NCBI GenBank assembly: GCA_022822205.1
Contig: JAJECC010000109.1
Coordinates: 505-64,504, forward strand
Length of the DNA: 64,000 nt
From: Rhodospirillales bacterium
GTDB taxonomy: Bacteria > Pseudomonadota > Alphaproteobacteria > Rhodospirillales > UBA2165
Direction: 5' to 3'
Below the pieces are notes generated by a model. That model was not told where the DNA came from. It saw nothing but the letters and a program-made list of their open reading frames with translations, and searched no databases. Positions 27,721 through 37,014 of this stretch are shown here, piece after piece. The position numbers were made by a program, and so were the translations under genes. Numbering within the stretch: the stretch's first letter is position 1; each line of letters begins with the position of its first letter.

Positions 27721-28461
27721 TCAGACCCCCCGCCGCAGGAGCCGGCGCGGCGCGGCTTCGCCGGCAATCCCGCGATTGGCGCGCCGTTCCAGCCGGGCGC
27801 GGAAGACGTCGGAGACGATGGTGAGCAGCAGGTAGAGCACGGTCGCCGCCAGATAGAACTCGAACGGGCGCTGGGTCGCCTCCGCCGCCACGCTGGTCTC
27901 GCGCATCAGTTCGTCGAGAGCGATGACGCTGACCAGCGACGTATCCTTGAGCAGGACCATCCAGAGGTTGCCGAGCCCGGGAAGGGCGAAGCGCAGCATC
28001 TGGGGAAAGCGGACCCGCAGAAAGACCTGGCGGCGCGTCATGCCGATGGCGAGCGCGGCCTCGATCTGGCCTTTGGGCACGGCGATGAGGGCGCCGCGGA
28101 AAACCTCGGAAGCGAAGGCGCCGAAGATCAGGCCGAGGGCGAGCGACCCGGCGAGCCGCTTGTTGAAATCAAACCCGCCGTCATGGCCGAAGAGCCCGAG
28201 CAGCGCCTCGACCGCCGCGCCGCCGCTGTAATAGACCAGCAGGATGATCAGCAGTTCCGGGATGCCGCGGATGAGCAGGCTGTAGGTCTCGGCGATGCCG
28301 CGCAGCACGCGCGAGCGCGAGAGCTTGGCGCCGGCGGCCGTCAGGCCGAGACCGAGCCCGATGGCCAGGGAATAGAGCGCGATCTCCAGCGTGACGAGGG
28401 CGCCGGCGACCAGTTCGTCGCCGAAGCCCGTGTCCCCGAACCGGAGGATTTCGGGAATCAT
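27721..28461 (-). CDS. Polar amino-acid ABC transporter permease (HisQ-like)
   Basis: 246 aa with IEAALAIGMTRRQVFLRVRFPQ. Confidence 0.85.
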   Translation of the reverse strand: MIPEILRFGDTGFGDELVAGALVTLEIALYSLAIGLGLGLTAAGAKLSRSRVLRGIAETYSLLIRGIPELLIILLVYYSGGAAVEALLGLFGHDGGFDFNKRLAGSLALGLIFGAFASEVFRGALIAVPKGQIEAALAIGMTRRQVFLRVRFPQMLRFALPGLGNLWMVLLKDTSLVSVIALDELMRETSVAAEATQRPFEFYLAATVLYLLLTIVSDVFRARLERRANRGIAGEAAPRRLLRRGV

Positions 28462-29214
28462 CTAGTAGATGTCGAACGGGAAATATTTGGCGTTGATCTT
28501 GGCGTAGGTGCCGTTCTCGCGCAGCGCCAGAATGGCGGCATTCACCTTCTCGAGCAGCGCGGTGTCGTCCTTGCGGGCCGCGATGCCGATCTTGTCGTCG
28601 TTGCTGATCTGGCCGCCGGCCATCTCGAAACCCTCGTTCTTCCCGACCCAGTCGTAGGACGGCAGGAGGTCCGACAGAATGGCGTCGAGCCGGCCGGCCT
28701 TCAGGTCGAGCCAGGCGGCGGTTTGCTTGTCGTAGACCTTGATTTTGGCGATCTTGCGGTAGTTGTCTTCGAGATATTGCGAACTGACCGTCGCGCGCTG
28801 GGCGCCCAGGGTCTTGCCCTTGATGCCGTCGGCCGTCGGCTTGAAGCCGCTGCCCTTTTTCGCGACGAACTGGAGATAGTTCGAATAGTAGGGCGTCGAG
28901 AAGGCGATCTTCTTCCTGCGCTCCTCGGTGATCGACATGCTGGCGACGATCAGGTCGTATTTCTTCGCCAGCAGGCCGGGAATGATGCCGTCCCAGTCCT
29001 GCGCGACCAGGGTGCATTTCACTTTCATATGGGCGCAGATGGCCCTGGCGAGGTCGACGTCGAAGCCGACCAGTTCGCCTTTGGCGTTCTTGCTGTTGAA
29101 GGGCGGGTAGGCGCCTTCGGTGGCGATCCGGAGGTCGCGGGCGGCAGCCGGCGCCGAGAGCATGGCCCAGCCGACCATTGCGGCCGCGGCAAGCAGAGCG
29201 ATTTTGCGGATCAT
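28462..29214 (-). CDS. Polar amino-acid (Lys/Arg/Orn/His/opine-type) ABC substrate-binding protein
   Basis: The ATG at 29214 follows GGGAGA and gives MIRKIALLAAAAMVGWAMLSAPAAA, a signal peptide. Contains the family 3 SBP motif LRIATEGAYPPFN. Confidence 0.85.
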   Translation of the reverse strand: MIRKIALLAAAAMVGWAMLSAPAAARDLRIATEGAYPPFNSKNAKGELVGFDVDLARAICAHMKVKCTLVAQDWDGIIPGLLAKKYDLIVASMSITEERRKKIAFSTPYYSNYLQFVAKKGSGFKPTADGIKGKTLGAQRATVSSQYLEDNYRKIAKIKVYDKQTAAWLDLKAGRLDAILSDLLPSYDWVGKNEGFEMAGGQISNDDKIGIAARKDDTALLEKVNAAILALRENGTYAKINAKYFPFDIY

Positions 29215-29339
29215 TGCGATGGATCTCCCTGACCAGTTCAATTTTCGCCGGCCGCCCCCTCGGCAAACGACGCGATTCCCGATCGGGCTTCCGCAATTCG
29301 GCCGGGGGCAACCGCGGTATTCCAGCTTAACATCGGCCG

Positions 29340-30128
29340 CTACATCGAACTAAACAGAAACTGCCGCAACCGCGCCGATTTGGGCGCGCCGAACAGCTCG
29401 GCCGGCGGGCCCTCCTCCTCGATCCTGCCCCGATGCAGGAAAATCGTGCGGTCGGATGCTTCCCGGGCGAAGCCCATCTCGTGGGTCACGACGATCATGG
29501 TCCGGCCTTCCCGGGCAAGGTCCCGCATCACCCGCAGCACCTCGCCGACCAGTTCCGGATCGAGGGACGAGGTCGGCTCGTCGAACAGCAGCACCTTGGG
29601 CCGCATGGCCAGCGCCCGGGCGATCGCGACGCGCTGCTGCTGGCCGCCGGAAAGTTGCGCGGGATAGCTGTCGTACTTGTCCTCCAGGCCGACCTTTTCC
29701 AGCAGCGCCATGGCTTCCTCGCGCGCGGCGGCCTTGCCGCGCTTCAACACCCGGACCGGCCCTTCGGCAACGTTCTGCGCCACCGTCAAATGGGCCCAGA
29801 GATTGAAGCCCTGGAACACCATGCCGAGCTTGGAGCGGAGCCGGACGATCCGTCTCCTCTCGGCGCCGGTGAGCCCGCCGGCGCGGCCGGTGGGGACCGG
29901 GAATTCCTCTCCATCGACGACGATCCGGCCGCGGTCCGGAATTTCCAGGAAGTTGAGGCAGCGCAGGAGGGTGCTCTTGCCCGATCCGGAACTGCCGATG
30001 ACGGCGATGACCTCGCCGGCCGCCGCGGACAGCGTCACCCCCCTCAGGACCGTCAAGTCGCCGAAGCGCTTGTGAATGTCCTCGGCGATCAGGACCGGGC
30101 CGGCCGCCGCTGCGGGATGTCCTGGCAT
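29340..30128 (-). CDS. Polar amino-acid ABC transporter ATP-binding protein (HisP-like)
   Basis: Walker [10 protein letters not shown], signature [15 protein letters not shown], and Walker B LLFDEPTS. Confidence 0.9.
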   Translation of the reverse strand: MPGHPAAAAGPVLIAEDIHKRFGDLTVLRGVTLSAAAGEVIAVIGSSGSGKSTLLRCLNFLEIPDRGRIVVDGEEFPVPTGRAGGLTGAERRRIVRLRSKLGMVFQGFNLWAHLTVAQNVAEGPVRVLKRGKAAAREEAMALLEKVGLEDKYDSYPAQLSGGQQQRVAIARALAMRPKVLLFDEPTSSLDPELVGEVLRVMRDLAREGRTMIVVTHEMGFAREASDRTIFLHRGRIEEEGPPAELFGAPKSARLRQFLFSSM

Positions 30129-30289
30129 CCCTCCATCCTCAAAAAGCGGGGCGGGCCGTCAAGGTCCGATTCCGCCGGACGGAGTGACGAACGAATCTTA
30201 ACCATCGAATGAAGAGCCGGCTTCGAACCTTCCGCACTGGCATTTCTCATCGAAACCTCTTATATTCTTTCCAGATTAGAGGAAGGATT

Positions 30290-30913
30290 ATGGCGATGAG
30301 GCCCGAAAAACCAGCGCTGTCGGCCAATGAAGCAGCTTGTGTGACGGGAGTGCCGTTGAAGCAGGTGCATCGGATCATCGATGCAGGACTGTTGGGCGAC
30401 TCCGTGAAGAGCCGTAAAGGCGCGCGTGTGATTTTGAAACACGCGCTGGTCGGCCTGAAGCTTGCTCATGAAACGACCGAGATCTTGACCTTGGAAGGTC
30501 GGCGGCGGCTTGTACGCCATGTCCTCGACGATCCCGAGGCGAGGACGATCCGAGAGGACGCGGTTTCCATCGATGTGCGCCCCATGAAGAACGATGTGAA
30601 GCGAGGCATTACATCGCTGGAGAGGGCCAGAAAAATGATCGTGAGCGACAAGGACATTCTGGGCGGCGTGCCGTGCTTCAAGGGCACGCGGATTGCCGTT
30701 CACGATATTGCCGAAATGCTGGCCAATGGGGACCAAGCTGCTGCGATTCTTGCGGCCTACCCGACGCTGACCGAAAGGCAGGTGACTGCAGCCGCAATCT
30801 ACGCCGAGGCGTACCCCCGTCGCGGTCGTCCACGCCGGCAGCCGGAGTGGCGGGAAGCCAGGCAGCGCATCTCAAAAAAGGTTGAGCTCGACAAGCTGCT
30901 GCAGGCCTCTTGA
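30290..30913 (+). CDS. DUF433-domain antitoxin-like protein with an N-terminal HTH-like extension
   Basis: The ATG at 30290 follows GGAAGGA. The C-terminus ILGGVPCFKGTRIAVHDIAEMLANGDQAAAILAAYPTLTERQV is a DUF433 signature. Confidence 0.7.
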   Translation: MAMRPEKPALSANEAACVTGVPLKQVHRIIDAGLLGDSVKSRKGARVILKHALVGLKLAHETTEILTLEGRRRLVRHVLDDPEARTIREDAVSIDVRPMKNDVKRGITSLERARKMIVSDKDILGGVPCFKGTRIAVHDIAEMLANGDQAAAILAAYPTLTERQVTAAAIYAEAYPRRGRPRRQPEWREARQRISKKVELDKLLQAS

Positions 30914-31485
30914 AGTTTCTGATCGACGAATGCCTGAGCCCTGATCTTGTCGCAATCGCGCGGGACCGGGGTTTCTCCTTGTCGATGCACGTCACTTGGC
31001 TCGGTCTCCGATCCAAAAAGGATTGGACCATCGTTCGACGCGCCGTCGAAGACGGCTATGTGCTCGTCACCAACAATACGACGGACTTCACATCTCTCGT
31101 TGGCCGCGAAGTCGTCCATGCCGGACTTGTCTGCCTGAATGTCGCACCTCGCCTCATGAGCCTGCGGGTCCAGGGGGTATTGTTCGAACTCGCCTTGGAT
31201 CAGTTGGCTGGTGACGAGCCCGTTAACGACGTGATCGAGGTCACCCTGACTACTGATCGGAAGGTCAGGATCGATCGATACCGCTGGCCCATGGATCACC
31301 AGGAACCCGCCGAAGTGTCGCCTCAGGCCGTCACGAGCCCGATAAAATTGTCGATCAATAGACGCCCCGCATCAAATGAGCCCGTTCGCGGGACGAAATC
31401 ATCGGCCGAAGCGCCACAGGCAACGAACGACACGGCGTTCCGGTCAAACCAGCTCATGGCCTGGTCCCTGCCGTACTCGGGATGA
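30910..31485 (+). CDS. DUF5615 PIN-like toxin candidate; the ORF is extended by about 55 codons into the antisense of the neighbouring gene
   Basis: MKFLIDECLSPDLVAIARDRGF...GYVLVTNNTTDF is a DUF5615-type N-terminus. The TTG start overlaps the DUF433 stop (TTGA). The open frame continues to 31485. Confidence 0.65.
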   Translation: MKFLIDECLSPDLVAIARDRGFSLSMHVTWLGLRSKKDWTIVRRAVEDGYVLVTNNTTDFTSLVGREVVHAGLVCLNVAPRLMSLRVQGVLFELALDQLAGDEPVNDVIEVTLTTDRKVRIDRYRWPMDHQEPAEVSPQAVTSPIKLSINRRPASNEPVRGTKSSAEAPQATNDTAFRSNQLMAWSLPYSG

Positions 31486-32039
31486 GGCTGCACACCCCAC
31501 ACCGGGCCGTTTCGCCAGCGCCAAATCTGGTTGGCGCAGTTCCCGTTGGCGGCCAGGACCTCGATGTCCGGATGATCGGCGCCGACCTCGTCTCCATGCC
31601 AGTGGAGTATTTCAAACGCCTCCGGAAGTCCCGCGAGCAGCGGATCGCCGCCCGAGGAATCCCGTGACAGCTCAAGCGGGCCGTACCCCATCTCCCTCAC
31701 CTCCCGCGTGGTCACCACACTGTTGCCGAAAAGGGCCGCGGCGAGAACCTGACTGCCGAAGCACAGTCCCAATATGGGCACCTTCGCGTCGGCGAGGATG
31801 ACGAGATGGTCCTTGAGCGGGGGGATCCATTCCTCATCGTCGCGGGCGCCGTTGAAACTCGGGCTGACGTATACGCCGCAAAATTCGTGATCCGACGGAA
31901 ACCGGCCCTCGTTCGTCCGATGCCGCTCGATCGCCAGGCCGGAGGCTTCAAGCGCCTCGTCCACATACCCGCGGGTCTGGGCCGTGGCCCAATTGTCAAG
32001 GTACAGAAACCGGCCTCTAGCCGATCGTCTTGGAGACAT
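31323..32039 (-). CDS. Class I glutamine amidotransferase-like protein
   Basis: GLCFGSQ nucleophile elbow and a GVQPHPE His-Glu pair. I prefer ATG 32039 (MSPRRSARGRFLYLDNW) over the track start 32090. It overlaps the hyuB end by 23 bp. Confidence 0.75.
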   Translation of the reverse strand: MSPRRSARGRFLYLDNWATAQTRGYVDEALEASGLAIERHRTNEGRFPSDHEFCGVYVSPSFNGARDDEEWIPPLKDHLVILADAKVPILGLCFGSQVLAAALFGNSVVTTREVREMGYGPLELSRDSSGGDPLLAGLPEAFEILHWHGDEVGADHPDIEVLAANGNCANQIWRWRNGPVWGVQPHPEYGRDQAMSWFDRNAVSFVACGASADDFVPRTGSFDAGRLLIDNFIGLVTA

Positions 32040-33711
32040 CGACGTCGACCCCGTAGTCGCTTTCGGCATCTTCGGCCGTGATGAGCCCATCCAGAACGTC
32101 GTCGACGACGGCCTGCCGGTCCCGGTCCCGGGGGTCGCCGTAGCCGCCGCCGCCCGGAAGCTCCAGAATCAGCCGGTCTCCGTAGGGTACGGACTGGCGC
32201 CCCTTGCTCTCCAGCTCCGGGCCGGACTTGAGCCGAACCTCGCCTTTGGCGCCGTCCATACCGCCAAATCTCCCGCGCGGAGGATTCCATGTTCTGTCGA
32301 ACATGGCGGCGACGCTGAACGGCGTCCCGGCCTCTCCCCCGATTTCGATTGTTTGACCAAGTCCGCCGCGAAACTTGCCGGCGCCCCCTGACCGCTCCCG
32401 CAGTTCCTTGCGCCAGATGACCAGCGGGAAACAGGTCTCGACGGCTTCCACCGGCGGGGTGCGGACGCCGCTCGGAAAGGCCGTCGTGGAAAGCCCGTCC
32501 ATCGTCGGCCGGCCGCCCGTTCCGCCCGTGTTGAACATGATGACGTCATAATCCTCGGACAGTTCATCGGCCGACGCGATGACCTCCGGCGCGACGCCCG
32601 TCGGCCCGCCCCTCAACATCGGATTCCACATGGCCCCGGCGCCCTCCGCCGGAACCCGGTCGGGAATGACGGGAGCCAGGCAGCCGAAAACGACATCCGG
32701 CAGCATCTGGCCTATGACATGCCGCGCGGATACGGGCATGGGCCGGACGGCGTTCAGTATGCCGCCTTCCGGCGCCGATACGGTGATGGGCTCGATCGAT
32801 CCCGCATTGCACGGGATGTTCGGGCCGATGATGCAGTTCACGCCAAAGGTCGTGTAGGCGAGCGTAAAATTGTGAACCAGGTTGATGCCGTAGGTGCTGG
32901 CCGGCGATGAGCCCTCATAGTCGATATGGATGTGATCGTCGGCAATGGTCAGCCTGGCTTGAATCCTGATAGGTTCGTCGAAGCCGTCCAGTTCGACCGA
33001 ATGCGGATAATCGCCGTTCGGCAGTTTCCCGATCGCGTTGACGATGCTCTTGCGGGACTGGTCGATTATGTAATCGCCGACCTCCTCGATATCGTCGATC
33101 TCGAACTCCTCCAGCATGCCGACGAGCCGCCTGGCGCCGTCGTCGTTGCAGGCCATCATGGCGTAAAAGTCGCCTTCCATGTCGGTGGGATTCCTGACAT
33201 TGGTCCTGAGCAAGCCCATCAGGTCCTCGTTCACCACGCCTTCACGGGCCAGGTGCATGATCGGGATGTTGATGCCTTCCTCGAAACATTGCCGGGCATC
33301 GGGCCCGAATCCCAAGCCGCCCATGTCCACGATGTGACATGTATTGGCCAGAAGACCGACCGCGCGGCCCTTGTGGAATGCGGGCGTCACGACGGTGACG
33401 TCGTGATAGTGACCGACGGACAGCCAGGGATCGTTGGTCACGAACACATCGCCCGGCTTCATGCCGTCGATCGGGAACTTCGCCAGGAAATGCTCGACAC
33501 AGATCGCCATGGAGTTGACATGGCCCGGCGTTCCGGTAACCGCCTGCGCCACCATCTGTCCCCGCCTGTTGAATACGCCGGCGGACAGATCGCCGCATTC
33601 CCGGACCGACTGGCTGAACGCCGTATGAATGACCACTTGCGCCTGCTCCTCGATCGCGGCGATCAGGCGATTCCAGATTAGCTGATAGCGAATTTCGTCG
33701 AACTGGCCCAT
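32017..33711 (-). CDS. Hydantoinase B / oxoprolinase family protein
   Basis: 564 aa. N-terminus MGQFDEIRYQLIWNRLIAAIEEQAQVVIHTAFS and overall HyuB architecture. Follows hyuA. Confidence 0.9.
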   Translation of the reverse strand: MGQFDEIRYQLIWNRLIAAIEEQAQVVIHTAFSQSVRECGDLSAGVFNRRGQMVAQAVTGTPGHVNSMAICVEHFLAKFPIDGMKPGDVFVTNDPWLSVGHYHDVTVVTPAFHKGRAVGLLANTCHIVDMGGLGFGPDARQCFEEGINIPIMHLAREGVVNEDLMGLLRTNVRNPTDMEGDFYAMMACNDDGARRLVGMLEEFEIDDIEEVGDYIIDQSRKSIVNAIGKLPNGDYPHSVELDGFDEPIRIQARLTIADDHIHIDYEGSSPASTYGINLVHNFTLAYTTFGVNCIIGPNIPCNAGSIEPITVSAPEGGILNAVRPMPVSARHVIGQMLPDVVFGCLAPVIPDRVPAEGAGAMWNPMLRGGPTGVAPEVIASADELSEDYDVIMFNTGGTGGRPTMDGLSTTAFPSGVRTPPVEAVETCFPLVIWRKELRERSGGAGKFRGGLGQTIEIGGEAGTPFSVAAMFDRTWNPPRGRFGGMDGAKGEVRLKSGPELESKGRQSVPYGDRLILELPGGGGYGDPRDRDRQAVVDDVLDGLITAEDAESDYGVDVDVSKTIG

Positions 33712-33723
33712 CTTTGGTCTCCC

Positions 33724-35853
33724 CTACCGAGCCCGGCGTGACAGCTCGATTGCTCCATTGGAAACGATTTTAGCGCTGAAGCTCGATCCCACCAACGTCG
33801 AGGTCTCGTCTTCCACGATTATGGCGGGACCCGTCACCTCGGCGTCCGGCGGCAACTCGTCCCGAACGTAGACCGCATGGTCGATCAATCCGAGGGTCGC
33901 GGGATCGAAAGCCTTGCGGCATTCCGGTTTGGGACCGGAGGCGGAAGAAAAGGCGCCGGCGGCGACATTGTCGGGCCGGGATGCCGTGCTCACCGTGACC
34001 GACCAGGCCACAACCTCGGCATCGACGATATTCTTCATGTTTCGCCCAAACACTTCCGCATAGCGTTCGTCGAACAGATCCTTGAGCGTATTGCCGGCGC
34101 CCTCGTCGAAGACGCCGTCCGGTACATCGACAACGATTTCATGGCCCTGACCGCAATAGCGCATGTAGGCCTGCCGGCGCACGTCGAGGCCGCTTGCCGG
34201 GCCGCCGCCCAGCCTTACATAACCTTCCGCCTCGTCCTGCATCTCCTTCAGCGCATCGTTGACCCGTCCGGCTTCGAAGGACTCCATTTGCTGGTAGAAG
34301 GTTCTGACCACCTCATAGGACACCGGCGCCCTCAAGAATCCGACGGCGGATCCGACACCGGCATTTCTGGGAATCAGGATTTTGGAGATGCCCAGCTTCT
34401 CCGCGAGCCGGCAGGCGTGGAGCGGCGCGCCGCCGCCGAACGCGATCAAGGTCCGGTCATCCACATTCTTGCCGCTCTCGATCGCATGTACCCGGGCGGC
34501 GCTGGCCATGTTCTCGCAAACCGTCTCCGTAACCCCGAACGCGGCATCGGCCGGCGGCACGTTCATCGGCGTCCCGATGGTTTTCTCGATGGCTGACGCC
34601 GCGGCCTGCCTGTCCAGTTTCAATTTGCCGCCGGCGAAATTGTCGGGATCGATCGCCCCCAGCAGCAAATTCGCATCCGTTATCGTCGGTTCTGTCGCAC
34701 CCTGACCGTAGCAAGCCGGTCCGGGACTCGACCCCGCGCTCCGGGGCCCGACGCTGATGCGGCCGAGCTCGTCCATCCAGGCAATCGACCCGCCGCCGGC
34801 GCCGATCTCCACCATCTCGATGACGGGAATTCGAAGCGGAATTCCGCTGTCCTTGCGAAACCTGTAGACCCGCGCCACCTCGAACCTGCGGCTCGACTGC
34901 GCGCGGCCCCCGTCGACGAGACAGATTTTCGCCGTGGTTCCACCCATGTCGAACGACACCACCTTGTCCATGTTGTTGGACTTGGCGATCTCGCCGGCAA
35001 AAATCGCGCCTCCGGCAGGCCCCGATTCGACCAGCCGGACCGGAAATTTTCTGGCCGTTTCCACGGTGGTCAGGCCGCCGCTCGACAACATCAGCAACAA
35101 GGGGCTGTCGTAACCCGCCTCCTTGAGCCTGCTCTCGAATTTCTCGAGGTAGCGGGCCATACCCGGCTGGACATAGGCATTCGCGCAGGTCGTCGAGAAC
35201 CGTTCAAACTCCCTGAATTCCGGAGACACCTCGGATGAGATCGAGATCGACCAATCCGGGCGCCGGGACCCGATATAGTCCCGGACCATGATCTCGTGAA
35301 CGGGATTGACGTAGGCATGGACGAACGCGACCGCGACGGACTCCGTATTTGCGGCATCCAACGCCGGGAGCAGCGTCTCCAGGCTGTCCTCGGTGAGGGG
35401 CACCAGCGCCTCGCCCCGGGCATTCAGGCGCTCGGGCACCGTAAACCGCCGCCTGCGCGGCACCAGCGGTTCGGGCTTGACGATGTTGATGTCGTATTGT
35501 TCCGGCCGGCCTTCGGTGCCCATTTCTATGGTGTCGCGAAAACCATCCGTGGTGACGAGCGACGTCGTCGCCCCTTTTCGTTCGATTATCGCGTTCGTCG
35601 CCAGCGTCGTGCCGTGAATAATCACGCCGATATCGTCCGGGGAAATGCCCCCCTCCGCCAACACCTCATCCAGGGCTTTCATGCAGCCGAGGGAGGGATC
35701 GTCCAGGGTGGTCAGCACTTTCGCCGTCAACCGTCTGCCGGCGCCTTCGAGGACCACGTCGGTGAAGGTTCCCCCGATGTCCAACCCTACGCGATACTTG
35801 TCATCTTGATTGGGCATGTCCCCGGTATTCCTCGAGCCCACCGCATGTTCCAT
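33724..35853 (-). CDS. Hydantoinase A / oxoprolinase family protein
   Basis: YRVGLDIGGTFTDVV ATPase motif. The start is ATG 35853 (AAGGA upstream) or ATG 35817. Confidence 0.9.
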   Translation of the reverse strand: MEHAVGSRNTGDMPNQDDKYRVGLDIGGTFTDVVLEGAGRRLTAKVLTTLDDPSLGCMKALDEVLAEGGISPDDIGVIIHGTTLATNAIIERKGATTSLVTTDGFRDTIEMGTEGRPEQYDINIVKPEPLVPRRRRFTVPERLNARGEALVPLTEDSLETLLPALDAANTESVAVAFVHAYVNPVHEIMVRDYIGSRRPDWSISISSEVSPEFREFERFSTTCANAYVQPGMARYLEKFESRLKEAGYDSPLLLMLSSGGLTTVETARKFPVRLVESGPAGGAIFAGEIAKSNNMDKVVSFDMGGTTAKICLVDGGRAQSSRRFEVARVYRFRKDSGIPLRIPVIEMVEIGAGGGSIAWMDELGRISVGPRSAGSSPGPACYGQGATEPTITDANLLLGAIDPDNFAGGKLKLDRQAAASAIEKTIGTPMNVPPADAAFGVTETVCENMASAARVHAIESGKNVDDRTLIAFGGGAPLHACRLAEKLGISKILIPRNAGVGSAVGFLRAPVSYEVVRTFYQQMESFEAGRVNDALKEMQDEAEGYVRLGGGPASGLDVRRQAYMRYCGQGHEIVVDVPDGVFDEGAGNTLKDLFDERYAEVFGRNMKNIVDAEVVAWSVTVSTASRPDNVAAGAFSSASGPKPECRKAFDPATLGLIDHAVYVRDELPPDAEVTGPAIIVEDETSTLVGSSFSAKIVSNGAIELSRRAR

Positions 35854-35956
35854 TGGAACGTCCTTGACCGTATTTGACTGTAAAGGAAGCACGCTGCAGA
35901 CCGTCGATAAATTTCGACACGATTTCGGGAAATATCGACAAGGGCCGGTGTCCCGC

Positions 35957-36952
35957 CTAGGCGAGAACCCGCCTTGTGGAAATCGCCATTCCGGGCCGCC
36001 GGTCCTCCTGGGGAGATTTGCCGAACTCGGCTTTGTAGGTACGGGAAAAATGCTCCAGGCTTCCGAAACCGCTCGCCACCGCCACCTCGATCAGCGGCAG
36101 TTCGGATTGCAGCAGGAGGCGCCTGGCGTGGAGCAGCCTGATGCGGCGGTAGTAGCGGACCGCGGATGTCTTTACGTGCTCCTTGAACATCCTTTCGAGT
36201 TGACGCTGAGAGATACCCACCTGGGCGGCCAGCCTGGATATGGGAATTGGGTCCTCTATGTTGCCTTCCATCAGGTCCACAACCTGAAGAACCCGGGGGT
36301 TGGTTATGCCGAGACGGAACCGGTTCGACGTTCTTTGGTTGTTCTCCGCATTCCGGATTTCGCCCATGATGAACTGATCGGAAACCTCGGCGGCCACATT
36401 GTGGCCGAAATGGACGCTGATCAGATGGAGCACCAAATCCATTGCGGCCGTTCCGCCCGCGCAGGTAAACCGGTCACGGTCGATTTCGAACAGATTCCGG
36501 GTCGCCTCGACCCGCGGATAGGTCTCGATGAAACTGTCGAGAAACTGCCAGTGGATGGTCGCCCGGTATCCGTCCAGCAGGCCGGCTTCGGCGAGGAAGA
36601 TGGAGCCCGCCCCCAGTGCGCCGAGATGGGCGCCCTTGCTGTCCAGCATCCGCAGCCAGGATTTGACGGGCGCCCCCACCGACAAGACCGGTTCGAACCC
36701 GACGCAGCAGATCGCATTGGGGAAATAGCCCGCATCCTTTAGAGCACAGTCGGCGACGATGGACATGCCGTTGATGGCCTCCACCGGCCGGCCGTCCCGG
36801 GAAATGAACGTCCACTCGAAGAGCTTTTCGTCGCAGATCCGATTGGCCATCCGAAGGGGGTCGATGGCGTTTATGAACGGGACGATCGAGAACTTCCGGG
36901 CCAGATAGATCCCGATTTTGATGGGACCGGCGGTGTCGGTTACTTTCAGCAT
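35957..36952 (-). CDS. GlxA-family transcriptional regulator (DJ-1/PfpI domain plus AraC HTH)
   Basis: Only the C-terminal 331 aa of track ORF 35957..38254 are plausible. The ATG at 36952 gives MLKVTDTAGPIKIGIYL... The AraC HTH is ISRLAAQVGISQRQLERMFKEH...GFGSLEHFSRTYKAEFGKSP. Confidence 0.85.
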   Translation of the reverse strand: MLKVTDTAGPIKIGIYLARKFSIVPFINAIDPLRMANRICDEKLFEWTFISRDGRPVEAINGMSIVADCALKDAGYFPNAICCVGFEPVLSVGAPVKSWLRMLDSKGAHLGALGAGSIFLAEAGLLDGYRATIHWQFLDSFIETYPRVEATRNLFEIDRDRFTCAGGTAAMDLVLHLISVHFGHNVAAEVSDQFIMGEIRNAENNQRTSNRFRLGITNPRVLQVVDLMEGNIEDPIPISRLAAQVGISQRQLERMFKEHVKTSAVRYYRRIRLLHARRLLLQSELPLIEVAVASGFGSLEHFSRTYKAEFGKSPQEDRRPGMAISTRRVLA

Positions 36953-37014
36953 GAACGCATCCGTCCGCGAAGGGTGGCTGGTTTGCGGGTCGGTCTCATC
37001 CCCGGGCGACTCCG

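Noticed and set aside
30215-30240. GGCTTCGAACC resembling a tRNA T-loop, as a possible att-site remnant beside the TA cassette
   Set aside because: The flanking bases cannot form a T-stem (CCGGC versus CTTCC), and there is no acceptor-stem or CCA context.
30150-31330. 8-bp GGCCGTCA on both sides of the DUF433/DUF5615 cassette, as a possible target-site duplication
   Set aside because: It is too short to be meaningful in GC-rich DNA, and the right copy is simply the GATase stop-codon context.
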